The notes beneath the pieces are model-generated. The model saw only the letters and a list, made by a program, of their open reading frames with translations, did not search any database and was not told the origin of the DNA. A stretch of 64,000 bases of DNA from Actinomycetota bacterium (GTDB lineage: Bacteria > Actinomycetota > Acidimicrobiia > Acidimicrobiales > Ilumatobacteraceae), in contig JBJTYJ010000068.1 in NCBI GenBank assembly GCA_046082705.1, forward strand, positions 714-64,713, read 5' to 3'. Made by a program: the position numbers and the translations under genes. Shown here in pieces: positions 1 through 9,605 of the stretch; within the stretch, counting starts at the first letter, position 1, and each line of letters begins with the position of its first letter.

Positions 1-2457
1 GGTCCGCTCGATCTGACGCAACAGGTCGACGAGTTGACGAATCATCCGCACGAAGTCGCCCGCACCCATGTCGGGAACGACGTCAAGAATCCTGTCGAGA
101 GATCCACCCGACGCCCACACCGAGGCTGCCCTTGCAAAACCGTTGTCGGGAAAACGGTGCGTCGGCAGGCCCGCAGCCTCTTCGGCATCGCGGATCTCGA
201 TACTGAGGTCTTCGAGAGCGTCGATTGCGCGCTTCACCGCATCCGATGGGTACGGATGGTCGACGTCGTCGGACGACCGACGTTCGTACACGAGTGCGGA
301 CGCTGCACCCGCCAGGTCCGGAACCGAGAGTTCATCGAATATGCCACGCTCGACGCCCTCGGCGACGAGCATGTCGCTCTCGTGGAAGACGCCGGCGAGA
401 ATCGAACCGGCCGGGGTGAGAGACCAGCCCTCGATGAAGCCACGGTCGCGAAGTAGTGACAGCACCCTGTCGAACGTCGCTGCTACCGATCGTGACTCGG
501 CGGCGAGTTCAGCCTCGATGCGTTCGATGTCACGCCGGATGCGGTCTGCATTGTCTGCATGTCGCATGCGCTCGCGCAGATGGGGGTCGCCGGTGAGGGC
601 ATCGTCCGATGCCGGCCCAGCTTCGTCCTTGCGCGCACGGTGCCGGAAGTTCGCAAGGCGTTGGGCAAGGGTCTTTACGTCGGTCGGGTTCCATGTCGAG
701 AACTCTTCGGGAATTGCGATACGGCCCACATGCCGGGGAGTTGCATCGAAGTCATCGAGCAACACGCCGCGCACGCCCTGGTGCCTGTCGAGCACGGTCA
801 CCTTCAATCCGCGCTTGCGGGCGGCGGTGGCAACGACGAGGAACTGCTCTTCCCTGCCGTCGGCCATGCCTGTGATCACGTCACCCGGCGTCAGGTTGGC
901 CCAGAGCACACGGTCGTTCGCTGCCCGAGTGGGTGCGTCGAGGCCGACACCTTTGGCGCGTCGATAGGCCCAGATGTCGCCGTACGGGCTCTCGGCTCGT
1001 GCAACGGAGGCTTCCATGGCTTCGCGCCGGCGCTCGAGTCTGGATTGCATCGCAACGACCGTCGAGTTCGATTGGAATTGCGCGAACGACAAGTTGAGCA
1101 GGTGTCTGACCTCGCGCTCGGCGTGGGTGCGAACAAGATTCACCGTCATGTTGTAAGTCGGCCGGAACGCGGACGTGAGCATGAAAGTCTTGTTCGTCGC
1201 GTATCGGGCGACTTCGTCGAGCGAAACGAAGGGGCTCCACACGGTCACCGCGTGGCCAACGGTGTCGATTCCGCGGCGACCGGCGCGTCCGGTGAGCTGC
1301 GTGAAGTCGGAAGGCTTCAACGAAACGTGGCGCTCTCCCGTGTAGCGCGTGAGTTTGTCGATCACGACGGTACGTGCCGGCATGTTGATCCCCACCGCAA
1401 GGGTTTCGGTGGCGAACACGACCTTGATCAGGCCCGCCGTGAAGGCCTCTTCGACCATCTCCTTGAAGGCAGGAACAAGGCCTGCATGGTGCGGCGCCAC
1501 GCCCGACGAGACGAGGTCGACGAATCCATCGAAGTCGAGCGCGCCACGTTCTTCGTCGGACAGGCGCGCACCGTGACGGTCGGCAATCTCTCGAATGCGT
1601 CGGGATTCGGCTCCCGTGACAAACGACAATGCATTGCGCCGACACACCTTTGCGGCGTCATCACATTGGTTGCGGCTGAAGATGAAGTAGATCGCCGGCA
1701 GCAGGCCCTGATGCTGCAATTCTTCGATGATCTCGGGCCTGCCGGGCGGGCCCACGCGCGAGTCGCGGTCGCGCTTGCGCTTGTCACCACGCGTCCGGTG
1801 ACCGTTGCCGGCAAGCACGCGCTTCAGTTTGTCGTTGACCCTCGCGCCGTCGAGTGTGGGCATCACGCGGGTCATTCCAGAGGCTTTGTCGTAGAACGCG
1901 TGGTGATGCTCGAGTGGTACCGGTCGCCGCGTCTCGACGATCGCCCGTGTGTCGCCTCGAACCGTCGTCAGCCACGTCGCGACTTCGTCCGCGTTCGAGA
2001 CGGTCGCCGAAAGGCACACGAGGGTCACCTCGAGGGGCAGGTGGATGATGACTTCCTCCCACACCGGGCCGCGGTATTCGTCTTGCAGGAAGTGCACCTC
2101 GTCGAGCACCACATAGGCGAGGTCCTCAAGAGCGGTCGACCGTGCATAGATCATGTTGCGCAGAACCTCGGTCGTCATGACGAGGATCGGCGCATCAGAG
2201 TTGACACTCGTGTCTCCGGTGAGAAGACCGACCTGCTGCTCGCCGAACAACCGTTGGAAGTCGCGGAATTTCTGGTTTGACAAGGCCTTGATAGGTGCCG
2301 TGTAGAAGGCCCGCTTACCGGTGCGGAGGGCCGTGGAGATCGCATGCTCGGCAATGAATGTCTTGCCCGAGCCGGTGGGAGCCGCGACGAGGACCGAAGC
2401 GCCCTCGTCGAGCGCGCTGCACGCTGCCTGCTGGAAGGGATCGGGTGAAAAACTCAC
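1..2457 (-). CDS. helY: Ski2-like DEAD/DEAH-box RNA helicase (HelY-like), C-terminal end beyond window
   Basis: The minus-strand frame is open from the window edge to a GTG at 2457. Translation gives VLVAAPTGSGKT (Walker A), VVLDEVHF (DEVH box), VFATETLAVGINMPART and QLTGRAGRRGID (helicase C domain). It is absent from the ORF track because it has no in-window stop. Its GTG overlaps the tatC stop (GTGA at 2454-2457). Mycobacteria have the same tatC-helY order. Confidence 0.85.
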   Translation of the reverse strand, partial: MSFSPDPFQQAACSALDEGASVLVAAPTGSGKTFIAEHAISTALRTGKRAFYTAPIKALSNQKFRDFQRLFGEQQVGLLTGDTSVNSDAPILVMTTEVLRNMIYARSTALEDLAYVVLDEVHFLQDEYRGPVWEEVIIHLPLEVTLVCLSATVSNADEVATWLTTVRGDTRAIVETRRPVPLEHHHAFYDKASGMTRVMPTLDGARVNDKLKRVLAGNGHRTRGDKRKRDRDSRVGPPGRPEIIEELQHQGLLPAIYFIFSRNQCDDAAKVCRRNALSFVTGAESRRIREIADRHGARLSDEERGALDFDGFVDLVSSGVAPHHAGLVPAFKEMVEEAFTAGLIKVVFATETLAVGINMPARTVVIDKLTRYTGERHVSLKPSDFTQLTGRAGRRGIDTVGHAVTVWSPFVSLDEVARYATNKTFMLTSAFRPTYNMTVNLVRTHAEREVRHLLNLSFAQFQSNSTVVAMQSRLERRREAMEASVARAESPYGDIWAYRRAKGVGLDAPTRAANDRVLWANLTPGDVITGMADGREEQFLVVATAARKRGLKVTVLDRHQGVRGVLLDDFDATPRHVGRIAIPEEFSTWNPTDVKTLAQRLANFRHRARKDEAGPASDDALTGDPHLRERMRHADNADRIRRDIERIEAELAAESRSVAATFDRVLSLLRDRGFIEGWSLTPAGSILAGVFHESDMLVAEGVERGIFDELSVPDLAGAASALVYERRSSDDVDHPYPSDAVKRAIDALEDLSIEIRDAEEAAGLPTHRFPDNGFARAASVWASGGSLDRILDVVPDMGAGDFVRMIRQLVDLLRQIERT

Positions 2458-3248
2458 GACACCGCACGCGCGCGTCGTCGCCGGCGCCATGCGACCGTGT
2501 AGCCAATGCCCACCGACACTCCGTAGAGCAGGCACATCGGCAATGACAGCGCGAAGAGCGAGACCGGGTCACCGGACGGAGTGATGACGGCCGCCGTGAG
2601 GAAGATCAACATGATCGCCCAACGCCATTGCATCACGAGCTGGCGCGGGGTGATGACTTCGACCAACTGAAGAAAGACGAGCAACACCGGAAAGAGAAAA
2701 CCGATACCGAATGCGAGAACCATCAGAAACACCAGGTTCACGTACTTCGTGATCTGGTAGGCCTGTTCGACGTCGGTGCCCGACCAGCTGATGAGGAATT
2801 CGAGGGCCTTGTCGAGCGTCCAGTACGCGATGTAACCGCCGAGAGCGAACAACGACACGCTCGATACGACGAAGCCAACGGCGTACTTCTTTTCCTTGCG
2901 CTGCAGAGCGGGAGCCACGAAGCGCCAGATCTGCCACATGATGACGGGCAAGGCAAGGATGAGCCCGCCGTAGACGGAGATGCGCATTCGGGCTGCAAGA
3001 CCATCCAGAGGGCCGAGACCGTAGAGCGTCCCGTCACAGGCGAAGTCGGGTCGTTCCGCGCAGAGATTGCGGTACGGCTTTGTCAGAAACCGCAGGAGGG
3101 GCTCGTACTGCAACAGAACAAAGATCATTCCGATCGCAATTGCGAGAAGCGACCTGATGATGCGGAAGCGCAGTTCGCTCAGATGTTCCGTGAGCGTCGC
3201 CTCGTCGTCGGGTCTACGGATCCGGCGCTTCTTACTGCGCAGAACCAT
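2454..3248 (-). CDS. tatC: Twin-arginine translocase subunit TatC
   Basis: 264-aa polytopic membrane protein. N-terminus LTEHLSELRFRIIRSLLAI is typical of TatC. It lies directly downstream of tatA. Confidence 0.9.
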   Translation of the reverse strand: MVLRSKKRRIRRPDDEATLTEHLSELRFRIIRSLLAIAIGMIFVLLQYEPLLRFLTKPYRNLCAERPDFACDGTLYGLGPLDGLAARMRISVYGGLILALPVIMWQIWRFVAPALQRKEKKYAVGFVVSSVSLFALGGYIAYWTLDKALEFLISWSGTDVEQAYQITKYVNLVFLMVLAFGIGFLFPVLLVFLQLVEVITPRQLVMQWRWAIMLIFLTAAVITPSGDPVSLFALSLPMCLLYGVSVGIGYTVAWRRRRRARAVS

Positions 3249-3582
3249 CGTCGGCGGCTTTCGTCACGTCAGGATCGGGCGGTGCTTCGTAAGGAACGAA
3301 CGGCGGGTCGTCGGGTTCGTTGACTTTTGTCTGCTGGGTTGGGGTCGGCGTGGGGTCGGAGCCCGTGAAGATTCGTTTTGCTTCGTCGGCGGTCTTGCGT
3401 AGTTCGTTCACCGGTTCCGCGAAGGTGGACGTGACATCGTGCTGTATGCCTCCGGCAACGCGACGAACTTCGTTGTAGACGCGTCCGAATTTGCGCATCG
3501 CATCCGGCAACTTTTCGGGGCCGAGCACGACCAAACCGATGAGTAGCAAAACAACGATTTCGCCACCCGAGAGGTTGAACAC
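3232..3582 (-). CDS. tatA: Twin-arginine translocase TatA/TatB-family protein
   Basis: N-terminal TM helix followed by the hinge and amphipathic helix (GGEIVVLLLIGLVVLGPEKLPDAMRKFGR). GTG start. Overlaps tatC by 17 nt. Confidence 0.85.
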   Translation of the reverse strand: MFNLSGGEIVVLLLIGLVVLGPEKLPDAMRKFGRVYNEVRRVAGGIQHDVTSTFAEPVNELRKTADEAKRIFTGSDPTPTPTQQTKVNEPDDPPFVPYEAPPDPDVTKAADDGSAQ

Positions 3583-3645
3583 GATCCGAGTCTATGAAGC
3601 CGCGTCAGGCGACCCTTGCTCGCGCCCGCAGTAGCCTCGCCCTCG

Positions 3646-4326
3646 ATGTCGTCCGTCGTCGTTGGATTTGCCCACCGTGGCGCCAAGGCCTATGCCCCCG
3701 AGAACACCCTCGAAGCCTTCGCGCTGGCCCTGCGTCTCGGCGCCAGCGGACTCGAGAGTGACGTCTGGCTCACGGCGGACGGGGTGCCCGTGCTCGACCA
3801 CGACGGGGTTGTAAAGGGCCGTTTGCGTTCCAAGCCCATTTCCGCGGTTGCACGCGTCGACCTGCCCCCGCATATCCCGACCCTCGATGAGATGTTGGCC
3901 GCAACGCCTCCGGTGCCGCTCTCGCTCGACGTGAAGGACCCCGAGGCGTTCCCTGCGATCATCGAAGTGCACCGCAGGTATCGAGAAGGTGCGGGACATC
4001 TCTTGTACCTGTGTCACCCTGAGCTTGATCTCCTCCGTGGTCAGGTTTACCTCGCGCCACACGCTCGCCTCGTGCATTCAACACGAATTGCCCGCATGAA
4101 GGACGGCCCCGAACGCCACGCTGCGGTTCTGCGCGAGGCGGGTATCGGCGTCGTGAACATGCCCTATCTCGACTGGAGCGGCGGTCTCGTCGCGCTCTTC
4201 AAGAGATTCGACGTGGCTTGCTTTGCATGGGATTGTCAACACGAACGCCAAATCGCCGAGGTCGTTCGCATGGGGGTCGACGCCGTGTACAGCGACTGGC
4301 CCGATCGCCTCGCCGACGTTCTCTAG
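3646..4326 (+). CDS. Glycerophosphodiester phosphodiesterase family protein
   Basis: [19 protein letters not shown] and [17 protein letters not shown] match GDPD-family motifs. The ORF track starts at a TTG at 3616. The ATG at 3646 ([12 protein letters not shown]) looks more likely. Confidence 0.75.
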   Translation: MSSVVVGFAHRGAKAYAPENTLEAFALALRLGASGLESDVWLTADGVPVLDHDGVVKGRLRSKPISAVARVDLPPHIPTLDEMLAATPPVPLSLDVKDPEAFPAIIEVHRRYREGAGHLLYLCHPELDLLRGQVYLAPHARLVHSTRIARMKDGPERHAAVLREAGIGVVNMPYLDWSGGLVALFKRFDVACFAWDCQHERQIAEVVRMGVDAVYSDWPDRLADVL

Positions 4327-4958
4327 AGCCAGCGCCAGCGGCTGATCGGCCAGATCACGACGAACGCACGGCCGACGATGCTCTTCTTGTCGACGGGGCC
4401 GAACACGCGGCTGTCCATCGACTGCGGTCGGTTGTCGCCGAGGACGAAAACCTGACCGGTGGGTACGTCGACCTCGGCCATGTCGGGCTGTCGGCAACGC
4501 GCAACGAGATCGGTTTGTTGGGCATCGCGATCCGGAAGGTAGGGCTCGTCCAATTGCTTTCCGTCGACGAACACGGCGCAGCCCTTGATCAAAACTGACT
4601 CCCCCGGCAGGGCGATGACGCGCTTGATGAGGTCGTCGTGTTGGACATCGCGGCCATTGGACGTCACGCGGTCGAAGACGACGACGTCTCCCCTGTCGAT
4701 GTCGCCGAAGCGGTACGAGAACTTGTTCACGAGCACTCGGTTGGGCTGGAAGAGCGTCGTCTCCATGGAGGGGCCGGAGATGTAGAACTGCTGCAAGACG
4801 AACGTCCTGATGCCGAGCGCCACGAGAAGCGCCACGACGAGCACGACCACCCAATCCCGAACGGCGCGGAAGGAGTCGGCGGCGCGACCGCGACCGTCGT
4901 CGACGTCGGCCTCGCCGGGAAGTTCGAATGGCACCCGAGCGAGGCTACTGCGGGTCAC
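4323..4958 (-). CDS. lepB: Signal peptidase I
   Basis: TM helix followed by SGPSMETTL (Ser box), KRVIALPGE (Lys box) and [13 protein letters not shown]. The GTG at 4958 overlaps the pafA stop (GTGA). The longer ORF-track start at 5060 would overlap pafA by 106 nt. Confidence 0.85.
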   Translation of the reverse strand: MTRSSLARVPFELPGEADVDDGRGRAADSFRAVRDWVVVLVVALLVALGIRTFVLQQFYISGPSMETTLFQPNRVLVNKFSYRFGDIDRGDVVVFDRVTSNGRDVQHDDLIKRVIALPGESVLIKGCAVFVDGKQLDEPYLPDRDAQQTDLVARCRQPDMAEVDVPTGQVFVLGDNRPQSMDSRVFGPVDKKSIVGRAFVVIWPISRWRWL

Positions 4959-6313
4959 ATGGACTCGATGATCTTTTCCACCCGCTCGTCCCTGCTCTTG
5001 AACGGGTCCTTGCACAACACCGTGCGCTGGGCCTGGTCGTTCAACTTCAGGTGAACCCAATCCACCGTATAGTCACGTTTCTTCGCTTTCGCCTTCTTGA
5101 TGAATTCGCCGCGAAGGCGTGCGCGCGTCGTGGGAGGTGCGTTGTCGATCGCGTGGGTGATGTCGTTCTCGTTGCACACGCGCTCGACGAGCTCCTTCGA
5201 TTCGAGCTTGTAGTACAGCCCTCGCGATCGACAAACGTCGTGGTACTGGAGGTCGACCAACTGCGTCTGCGGATCGCCCAGGTCGAGTCCGTGGCGTTCG
5301 CGGTACCTTTCGATCAGCCTGTGTTTGATGACCCAGTCGACCTCTCTGTCGAGTGCGAACGGGTCACGCTCGATGGTGGAGATGCAGTGGTTCCACATTT
5401 GCAAGGCCTTCATCTCGAATTTCGGAAATCCTTTTCGATCGGCGTAGACGAGCGCACGGTCGAGGTACTCGCGTTGAATGTCGAGCGCGCTCACTTCGCG
5501 GCCGTTCTGAAGCCGCACGGTCCGCCTGCAGGTGAGATCGTGGCTGATCTCGCGGATGGCGCGTATCGGATTTTCCAATGTCATGTCTCGAAGCACCACC
5601 GCCGGGTCCTCCATCATGCGAAGAAGACATGCCGTCGCACCGACCTTCAGGAACGTCGTGTATTCACTCATGTTCGAATCACCGACGATCACGTGCAGTC
5701 TGCGGTAGTGCTCGGCATCGGCGTGAGGTTCATCACGCGTGTTGATGATCGGCCTGCTGCGCGTGGTTGCGGAACTCATCCCCTCCCAGATGTGGTCGGC
5801 GCGCTGCGAGATGGAGTACACGGGACCTCGCGCCGTGTGGGTGATGCGACCGGCTCCGGCGATGATCTGGCGCGACACGAGGAACGGAATGAGGATTTGG
5901 CCGATCGCTGTCTGGTCGTCATCACGACCCGTCAAGTAGTTCTCGTGGCAACCGTACGAGTTTCCGGCGCTGTCAGTGTTGTTCTTGAAGAGATAGACGG
6001 TTCCACGGATCCCTTCGTCGCGCAGTCGTTCCTCCGCCGAGAACGTGAGGTCCTCGATGCGACGCTCACCCGCCTTGTCGTGAACGACGACGTCGTAAAT
6101 GTTGTCGCATTCGGGGGTGGCGTATTCGGGGTGGGAGCCGACGTCGAGGTACAGGCGGGCACCATTTTCGAGAAAGACGTTGCTGCTGCGTCCCCATGAC
6201 ACGACCTTGCGGAAGAGATAGCGCGCCACTTCGTCGGGGCTGAGGCGGCGCTGGCCGCGCAACGTGCAGGTGATGCCGTACTCGGTCTCGATCCCGTAGA
6301 TCCGGCGTTCCAT
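4955..6313 (-). CDS. pafA: Pup-protein ligase PafA
   Basis: [15 protein letters not shown]-terminus of the Dop/PafA carboxylate-amine ligase family. 452 aa, the PafA-like length. Located downstream of prcA. Confidence 0.9.
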   Translation of the reverse strand: MERRIYGIETEYGITCTLRGQRRLSPDEVARYLFRKVVSWGRSSNVFLENGARLYLDVGSHPEYATPECDNIYDVVVHDKAGERRIEDLTFSAEERLRDEGIRGTVYLFKNNTDSAGNSYGCHENYLTGRDDDQTAIGQILIPFLVSRQIIAGAGRITHTARGPVYSISQRADHIWEGMSSATTRSRPIINTRDEPHADAEHYRRLHVIVGDSNMSEYTTFLKVGATACLLRMMEDPAVVLRDMTLENPIRAIREISHDLTCRRTVRLQNGREVSALDIQREYLDRALVYADRKGFPKFEMKALQMWNHCISTIERDPFALDREVDWVIKHRLIERYRERHGLDLGDPQTQLVDLQYHDVCRSRGLYYKLESKELVERVCNENDITHAIDNAPPTTRARLRGEFIKKAKAKKRDYTVDWVHLKLNDQAQRTVLCKDPFKSRDERVEKIIESM

Positions 6314-6328
6314 CGGTGGCGCCGGCGG

Positions 6329-7012
6329 TCAGCTCGCGAGGAGGTTCGAAACCTCTACGTCGTCGAGGCGGGCAAACGCGCGACGTGAGCCATTGCGACG
6401 CAGCACCGCAACCTCGAGGTCGTCGGCCACGAGGGTTCGATCGGGCCCGGCAAGTGCACTATTGGCAACCTTGAGCGCGTTCGCAAGATCAGGGACGGCA
6501 CCGGCAAGTTCGGGTGCGAGGCGCGCCGCAATTGCGTCGGCATCGCCACCGAGAACCGAGTACCGCTTCTCGTCGAGCACCGTGCCGTCATAGAGGATGT
6601 GGAACAACTGGTCGGCCGCGGCGTCGATACCGATTTCAGCCACGAGAATCTCAACCTCGAGCGGCTTCATTTCGTGGGTGAAGATCTGCCCGAGAATCTG
6701 TGCGTATTGGTTGGCGAGGCTCCGCGCGTCGACATCGGCCCGCGAGTATTGGTAGCCCTTGAGGTCGGCGGCCCTCACCCCCGCGACGCGCAACTGATCG
6801 AATTCGTTGTATTTCCCGACACCCGCAAAGGCGATGCGGTCGTAGATCTCGCTGACCTTTCGCAACGTGTTCGAGGGATTCTCCGCGATGATCGCGATGC
6901 CGTCGGTGTATTGCACGGCGACAAGTGCGCGACCACGGGCGATTCCCTTTCGCGCATAATCGGCGCGGTCCTTCATCACCTGTTCGGGTGCGACGTAGAA
7001 GGGCGTGCTCAT
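6329..7012 (-). CDS. prcA: 20S proteasome alpha subunit
   Basis: MSTPFYVAPEQVMKDRADYARKGIARGR matches the actinobacterial PrcA N-terminus. ATGA overlap with the prcB stop. Confidence 0.92.
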   Translation of the reverse strand: MSTPFYVAPEQVMKDRADYARKGIARGRALVAVQYTDGIAIIAENPSNTLRKVSEIYDRIAFAGVGKYNEFDQLRVAGVRAADLKGYQYSRADVDARSLANQYAQILGQIFTHEMKPLEVEILVAEIGIDAAADQLFHILYDGTVLDEKRYSVLGGDADAIAARLAPELAGAVPDLANALKVANSALAGPDRTLVADDLEVAVLRRNGSRRAFARLDDVEVSNLLAS

Positions 7013-7812
7013 CGGGCATCACCGCCGTTTCGCGCGCGTTGGTCGACGAGAATTTCATCGACCATGGCGGCCAAGCGCGAGTCTTCGACACGCGACCAGC
7101 CCGTCGACGTGACGGTCGCAGTGACGGGATAGATCCCGCGCAATGCATCGGGGCCACCTGTCGCCGAGTCGGCATCGGCGGCCTCCCAGAGTGCACGCAC
7201 CGCGAGACGAATCGCATCGTCTTCGTCGAGAGAGGACCGCCAGCCGACCTTCACCACGGTGCCGGCATGGAGGCTTCCCGAGCCCGTCGCCACGTATTCC
7301 TTTTCCTCGTAGCGTCCTCCCGTTGGGTCGTAGTCCCAGAGGCGTCCGGCACCGAGGGCAAGGTCGAACCCCGCGAAGATCGGCACGACGACCATGCCCT
7401 GCATGGCCGCGGGCAGATTGCCGCGCACCAGCATCGACAACTGATTCGCCTTTCCTTCGAGGGAGAGCATTTGGCCCTCGACCTTTTCGTAGTGCTCGAG
7501 TTGCAGTTGGAACAGCTTGATCATTTCCATCGCGGGTCCGGCGGCGCCGGCGATCGCCACGCCGCTGAACCGGTCGGCTTCGACGACCTTCTCCATCGTG
7601 CGATGCGAGATCAGATTTCCCGAGGTTGCCCGACGGTCGCCGGCCATGACGACTCCGCCCCGGAAACGCAGGGCGACGCATGTGGTCGCATGCGGCACGG
7701 AAACATGGCCCGACACGTCGGAAGACGCAAACGGCTCAGCGCCCGTGCGACGCAACAAGTCGAGAAAGCTTGCCCCCGGGTTGTCGTCGGGAGCGAAGAA
7801 CGGCATCGCCAT
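7009..7812 (-). CDS. prcB: 20S proteasome beta subunit (with propeptide)
   Basis: A propeptide is followed by HA/TTCVALRF (catalytic Thr1 context) and GDRRATSGN. Lies between pup and prcA. Confidence 0.92.
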   Translation of the reverse strand: MAMPFFAPDDNPGASFLDLLRRTGAEPFASSDVSGHVSVPHATTCVALRFRGGVVMAGDRRATSGNLISHRTMEKVVEADRFSGVAIAGAAGPAMEMIKLFQLQLEHYEKVEGQMLSLEGKANQLSMLVRGNLPAAMQGMVVVPIFAGFDLALGAGRLWDYDPTGGRYEEKEYVATGSGSLHAGTVVKVGWRSSLDEDDAIRLAVRALWEAADADSATGGPDALRGIYPVTATVTSTGWSRVEDSRLAAMVDEILVDQRARNGGDAR

Positions 7813-7817
7813 CGGGC

Positions 7818-8021
7818 CTATTCCCCGCCCTTTTGAACGTAACTCTTCACGAAGTCCTCGGCATTCGATTCGAGTACCTCGTCGATTTCGTCGAGGAGGT
7901 CGTCGAGGTCGGCCTTCAACTTCTCGGTGCGCTCGGCGTCGGCGGCAGGTGCCGCAGATTCGGAGACGTTCGCGTCGTCGTTGCCGCGCTCGGAGCGATG
8001 TTTTTGGATGCGCTCGGCCAT
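7818..8021 (-). CDS. pup: Prokaryotic ubiquitin-like protein Pup (C-terminal GGE)
   Basis: 67 aa: MAERIQKHRSERGNDD...DLDDLLDEIDEVLESNAEDFVKSYVQKGGE. ATG at 8021 is preceded by GGTGGG. The ORF-track form (111 aa, start 8153) overlaps the dop 3' end and is too long. Confidence 0.9.
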   Translation of the reverse strand: MAERIQKHRSERGNDDANVSESAAPAADAERTEKLKADLDDLLDEIDEVLESNAEDFVKSYVQKGGE

Positions 8022-8049
8022 GCGCCCACCGTAGCGAAATTTTCGCGGC

Positions 8050-9588
8050 TCAGTACATCCCGGGATCAACGAAGCCCGAGGTCTCACTCGCGCCCGCACC
8101 GAGCATGTCGATGAGATCCCTGGGTGACGTAGCGGAGTCGATGAGGGCGCCAACGATGGCTCGGGTTCCCCGCAACGGTTCCATCATCGGCACCCTCCGT
8201 AGCGGCTCGTCGCCGATGTCGAACACGAGGCTGTCCCAATTCGCCGCGACGACGTCATTCGGCCATTTCTGCAGACACTTGCCGCGGAAGAAAGCACGCG
8301 TCGTTGTCGGCGGCTCGGTGACGGCTTCCAAAACCGCGTCGGTCGACCACATCGTTTCGAGGCCGACCCGATGCGCAAGGCATCGTTCGGGACGCATGTC
8401 GTGGTACTGCAGGTCGACGGCTTTCAACTTGGCGTGCCCGGGTGCGAGGTTGTGGCGTGAAGCCAGACCCTCGACCAATCGTTTCTTGGCAACCCAGTCG
8501 ACGACGTGAGACACGGAATCCGGGTCTCGTTCCAGACCTTCGAGCACTTCCTTCCAACGCAAGAGAATCAATTCGCCCTCGCCGTTTCCACCGGCGTCGT
8601 CGACACAAGCAAGTCCGTGTTGTTGTGCGTACTTCTCGGCGTATTCGAGCAGGAGAAACTGCATTTCAAGTGCCGTGAGGCGCTGTCCATTGACACGTTC
8701 GACCGTCGCTCGCAGAGTTGGGTCGTGGCTGACAGCCGCGATCGCCTGAAGCGGGTTGGAGAGCTGCACGTCGTGCGGGAGAACGTCATCTTCGATCATC
8801 GCGAGCACGAGCGCGGTGGTCCCGACCTTCAGGAAAGTCGCCACTTCGCTCATGTTGGCATCGCCCACGATGACGTGAAGTCGCCTGTACAGATTTGGAT
8901 TGCAGTGTGGTTCGTCCCTGGTGTTGACGATCGGGCGCTTCAGTGTGGTTTCGAGGCCGATCTCCTCTTCAAAGAAGTCGGCTCGTTGCGTGAGTTGGTA
9001 CGCCACCGCCGTCGAACTTCGCCCGGGCTGTTCGCAGCCGACCTTGCCTGCGCCCGTGAACACCTGGCGTGTGACGAAATGCGTGGTGATGAGTCCCGCG
9101 AGGCGTCCGAACGGCAGGTTGCGGTCGACGAGATAGTTCTCGTGGCAGCCGTATGAATTTCCCTTGCCGTCGGAGTTGTTCTTGTAGAGAACGATTTCGT
9201 GGCCGGTCGGGAGCTTCTCGTTGGCCGAGGCCACGCTGCGCCGAATGACTTCCTCGGCGGCCCTGTCGAAAAGAACGACTTGCGACGCGCTCGTGCATTC
9301 GGGCGTGGACACCTCGGGGTGGGCGTGGTCGACGTAGTAGCGGGCCCCGTTGGTAAGGACGCTGTTGACGAGATGCGTTTCAACTTCGGGTGGGAACGCA
9401 TCGTCGAGGACGAACCCTCGTGCATCCAGCGCGGGGTTCTCGTCGGCGAAGTCCCATCCCGTGAGTTGGGGGAAGTTGCCCGCATAGGCGTTGACCAGAA
9501 CCGACGACGCCACCACTGGGTTCGCGTCGAAGCCGCGCGTGATGATTCCGTATTCGGTTTCGACCCCGCAGACCTTGTGAATCGCCAT
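8050..9588 (-). CDS. dop: Depupylase/deamidase Dop
   Basis: MAIHKVCGVETEYGI N-terminus. 512 aa, about 60 aa longer than PafA, consistent with the Dop-specific loop. Lies between arc and pup. Confidence 0.88.
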   Translation of the reverse strand: MAIHKVCGVETEYGIITRGFDANPVVASSVLVNAYAGNFPQLTGWDFADENPALDARGFVLDDAFPPEVETHLVNSVLTNGARYYVDHAHPEVSTPECTSASQVVLFDRAAEEVIRRSVASANEKLPTGHEIVLYKNNSDGKGNSYGCHENYLVDRNLPFGRLAGLITTHFVTRQVFTGAGKVGCEQPGRSSTAVAYQLTQRADFFEEEIGLETTLKRPIVNTRDEPHCNPNLYRRLHVIVGDANMSEVATFLKVGTTALVLAMIEDDVLPHDVQLSNPLQAIAAVSHDPTLRATVERVNGQRLTALEMQFLLLEYAEKYAQQHGLACVDDAGGNGEGELILLRWKEVLEGLERDPDSVSHVVDWVAKKRLVEGLASRHNLAPGHAKLKAVDLQYHDMRPERCLAHRVGLETMWSTDAVLEAVTEPPTTTRAFFRGKCLQKWPNDVVAANWDSLVFDIGDEPLRRVPMMEPLRGTRAIVGALIDSATSPRDLIDMLGAGASETSGFVDPGMY

Positions 9589-9605
9589 GATGTGTCGCGC
9601 GCCGT

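Noticed and set aside
559-2280. 573-aa plus-strand ORF, and several other ORFs in this region.
   Set aside because: It is antisense to the helY helicase frame, which carries clear Walker A, DEVH and helicase-C motifs. The product is Arg/Gly/His-rich with no motifs, as expected for a shadow ORF in high-GC DNA.
4928-6199. 423-aa plus-strand ORF.
   Set aside because: It is antisense to pafA. It has no recognisable motifs and an Arg/Val/Asp-rich shadow composition.
7818-8153. 111-aa version of the pup ORF.
   Set aside because: The extension overlaps the dop 3' end and is Arg/Ser/Pro-rich. Pup proteins are about 60-70 aa, and the ATG at 8021 has a purine-rich RBS.
4955-9588. Two homologous about 450-510-aa genes as a recent duplication.
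   Set aside because: They are the expected paralogues PafA and Dop. They differ in length and lie in their canonical positions around pup-prcBA.
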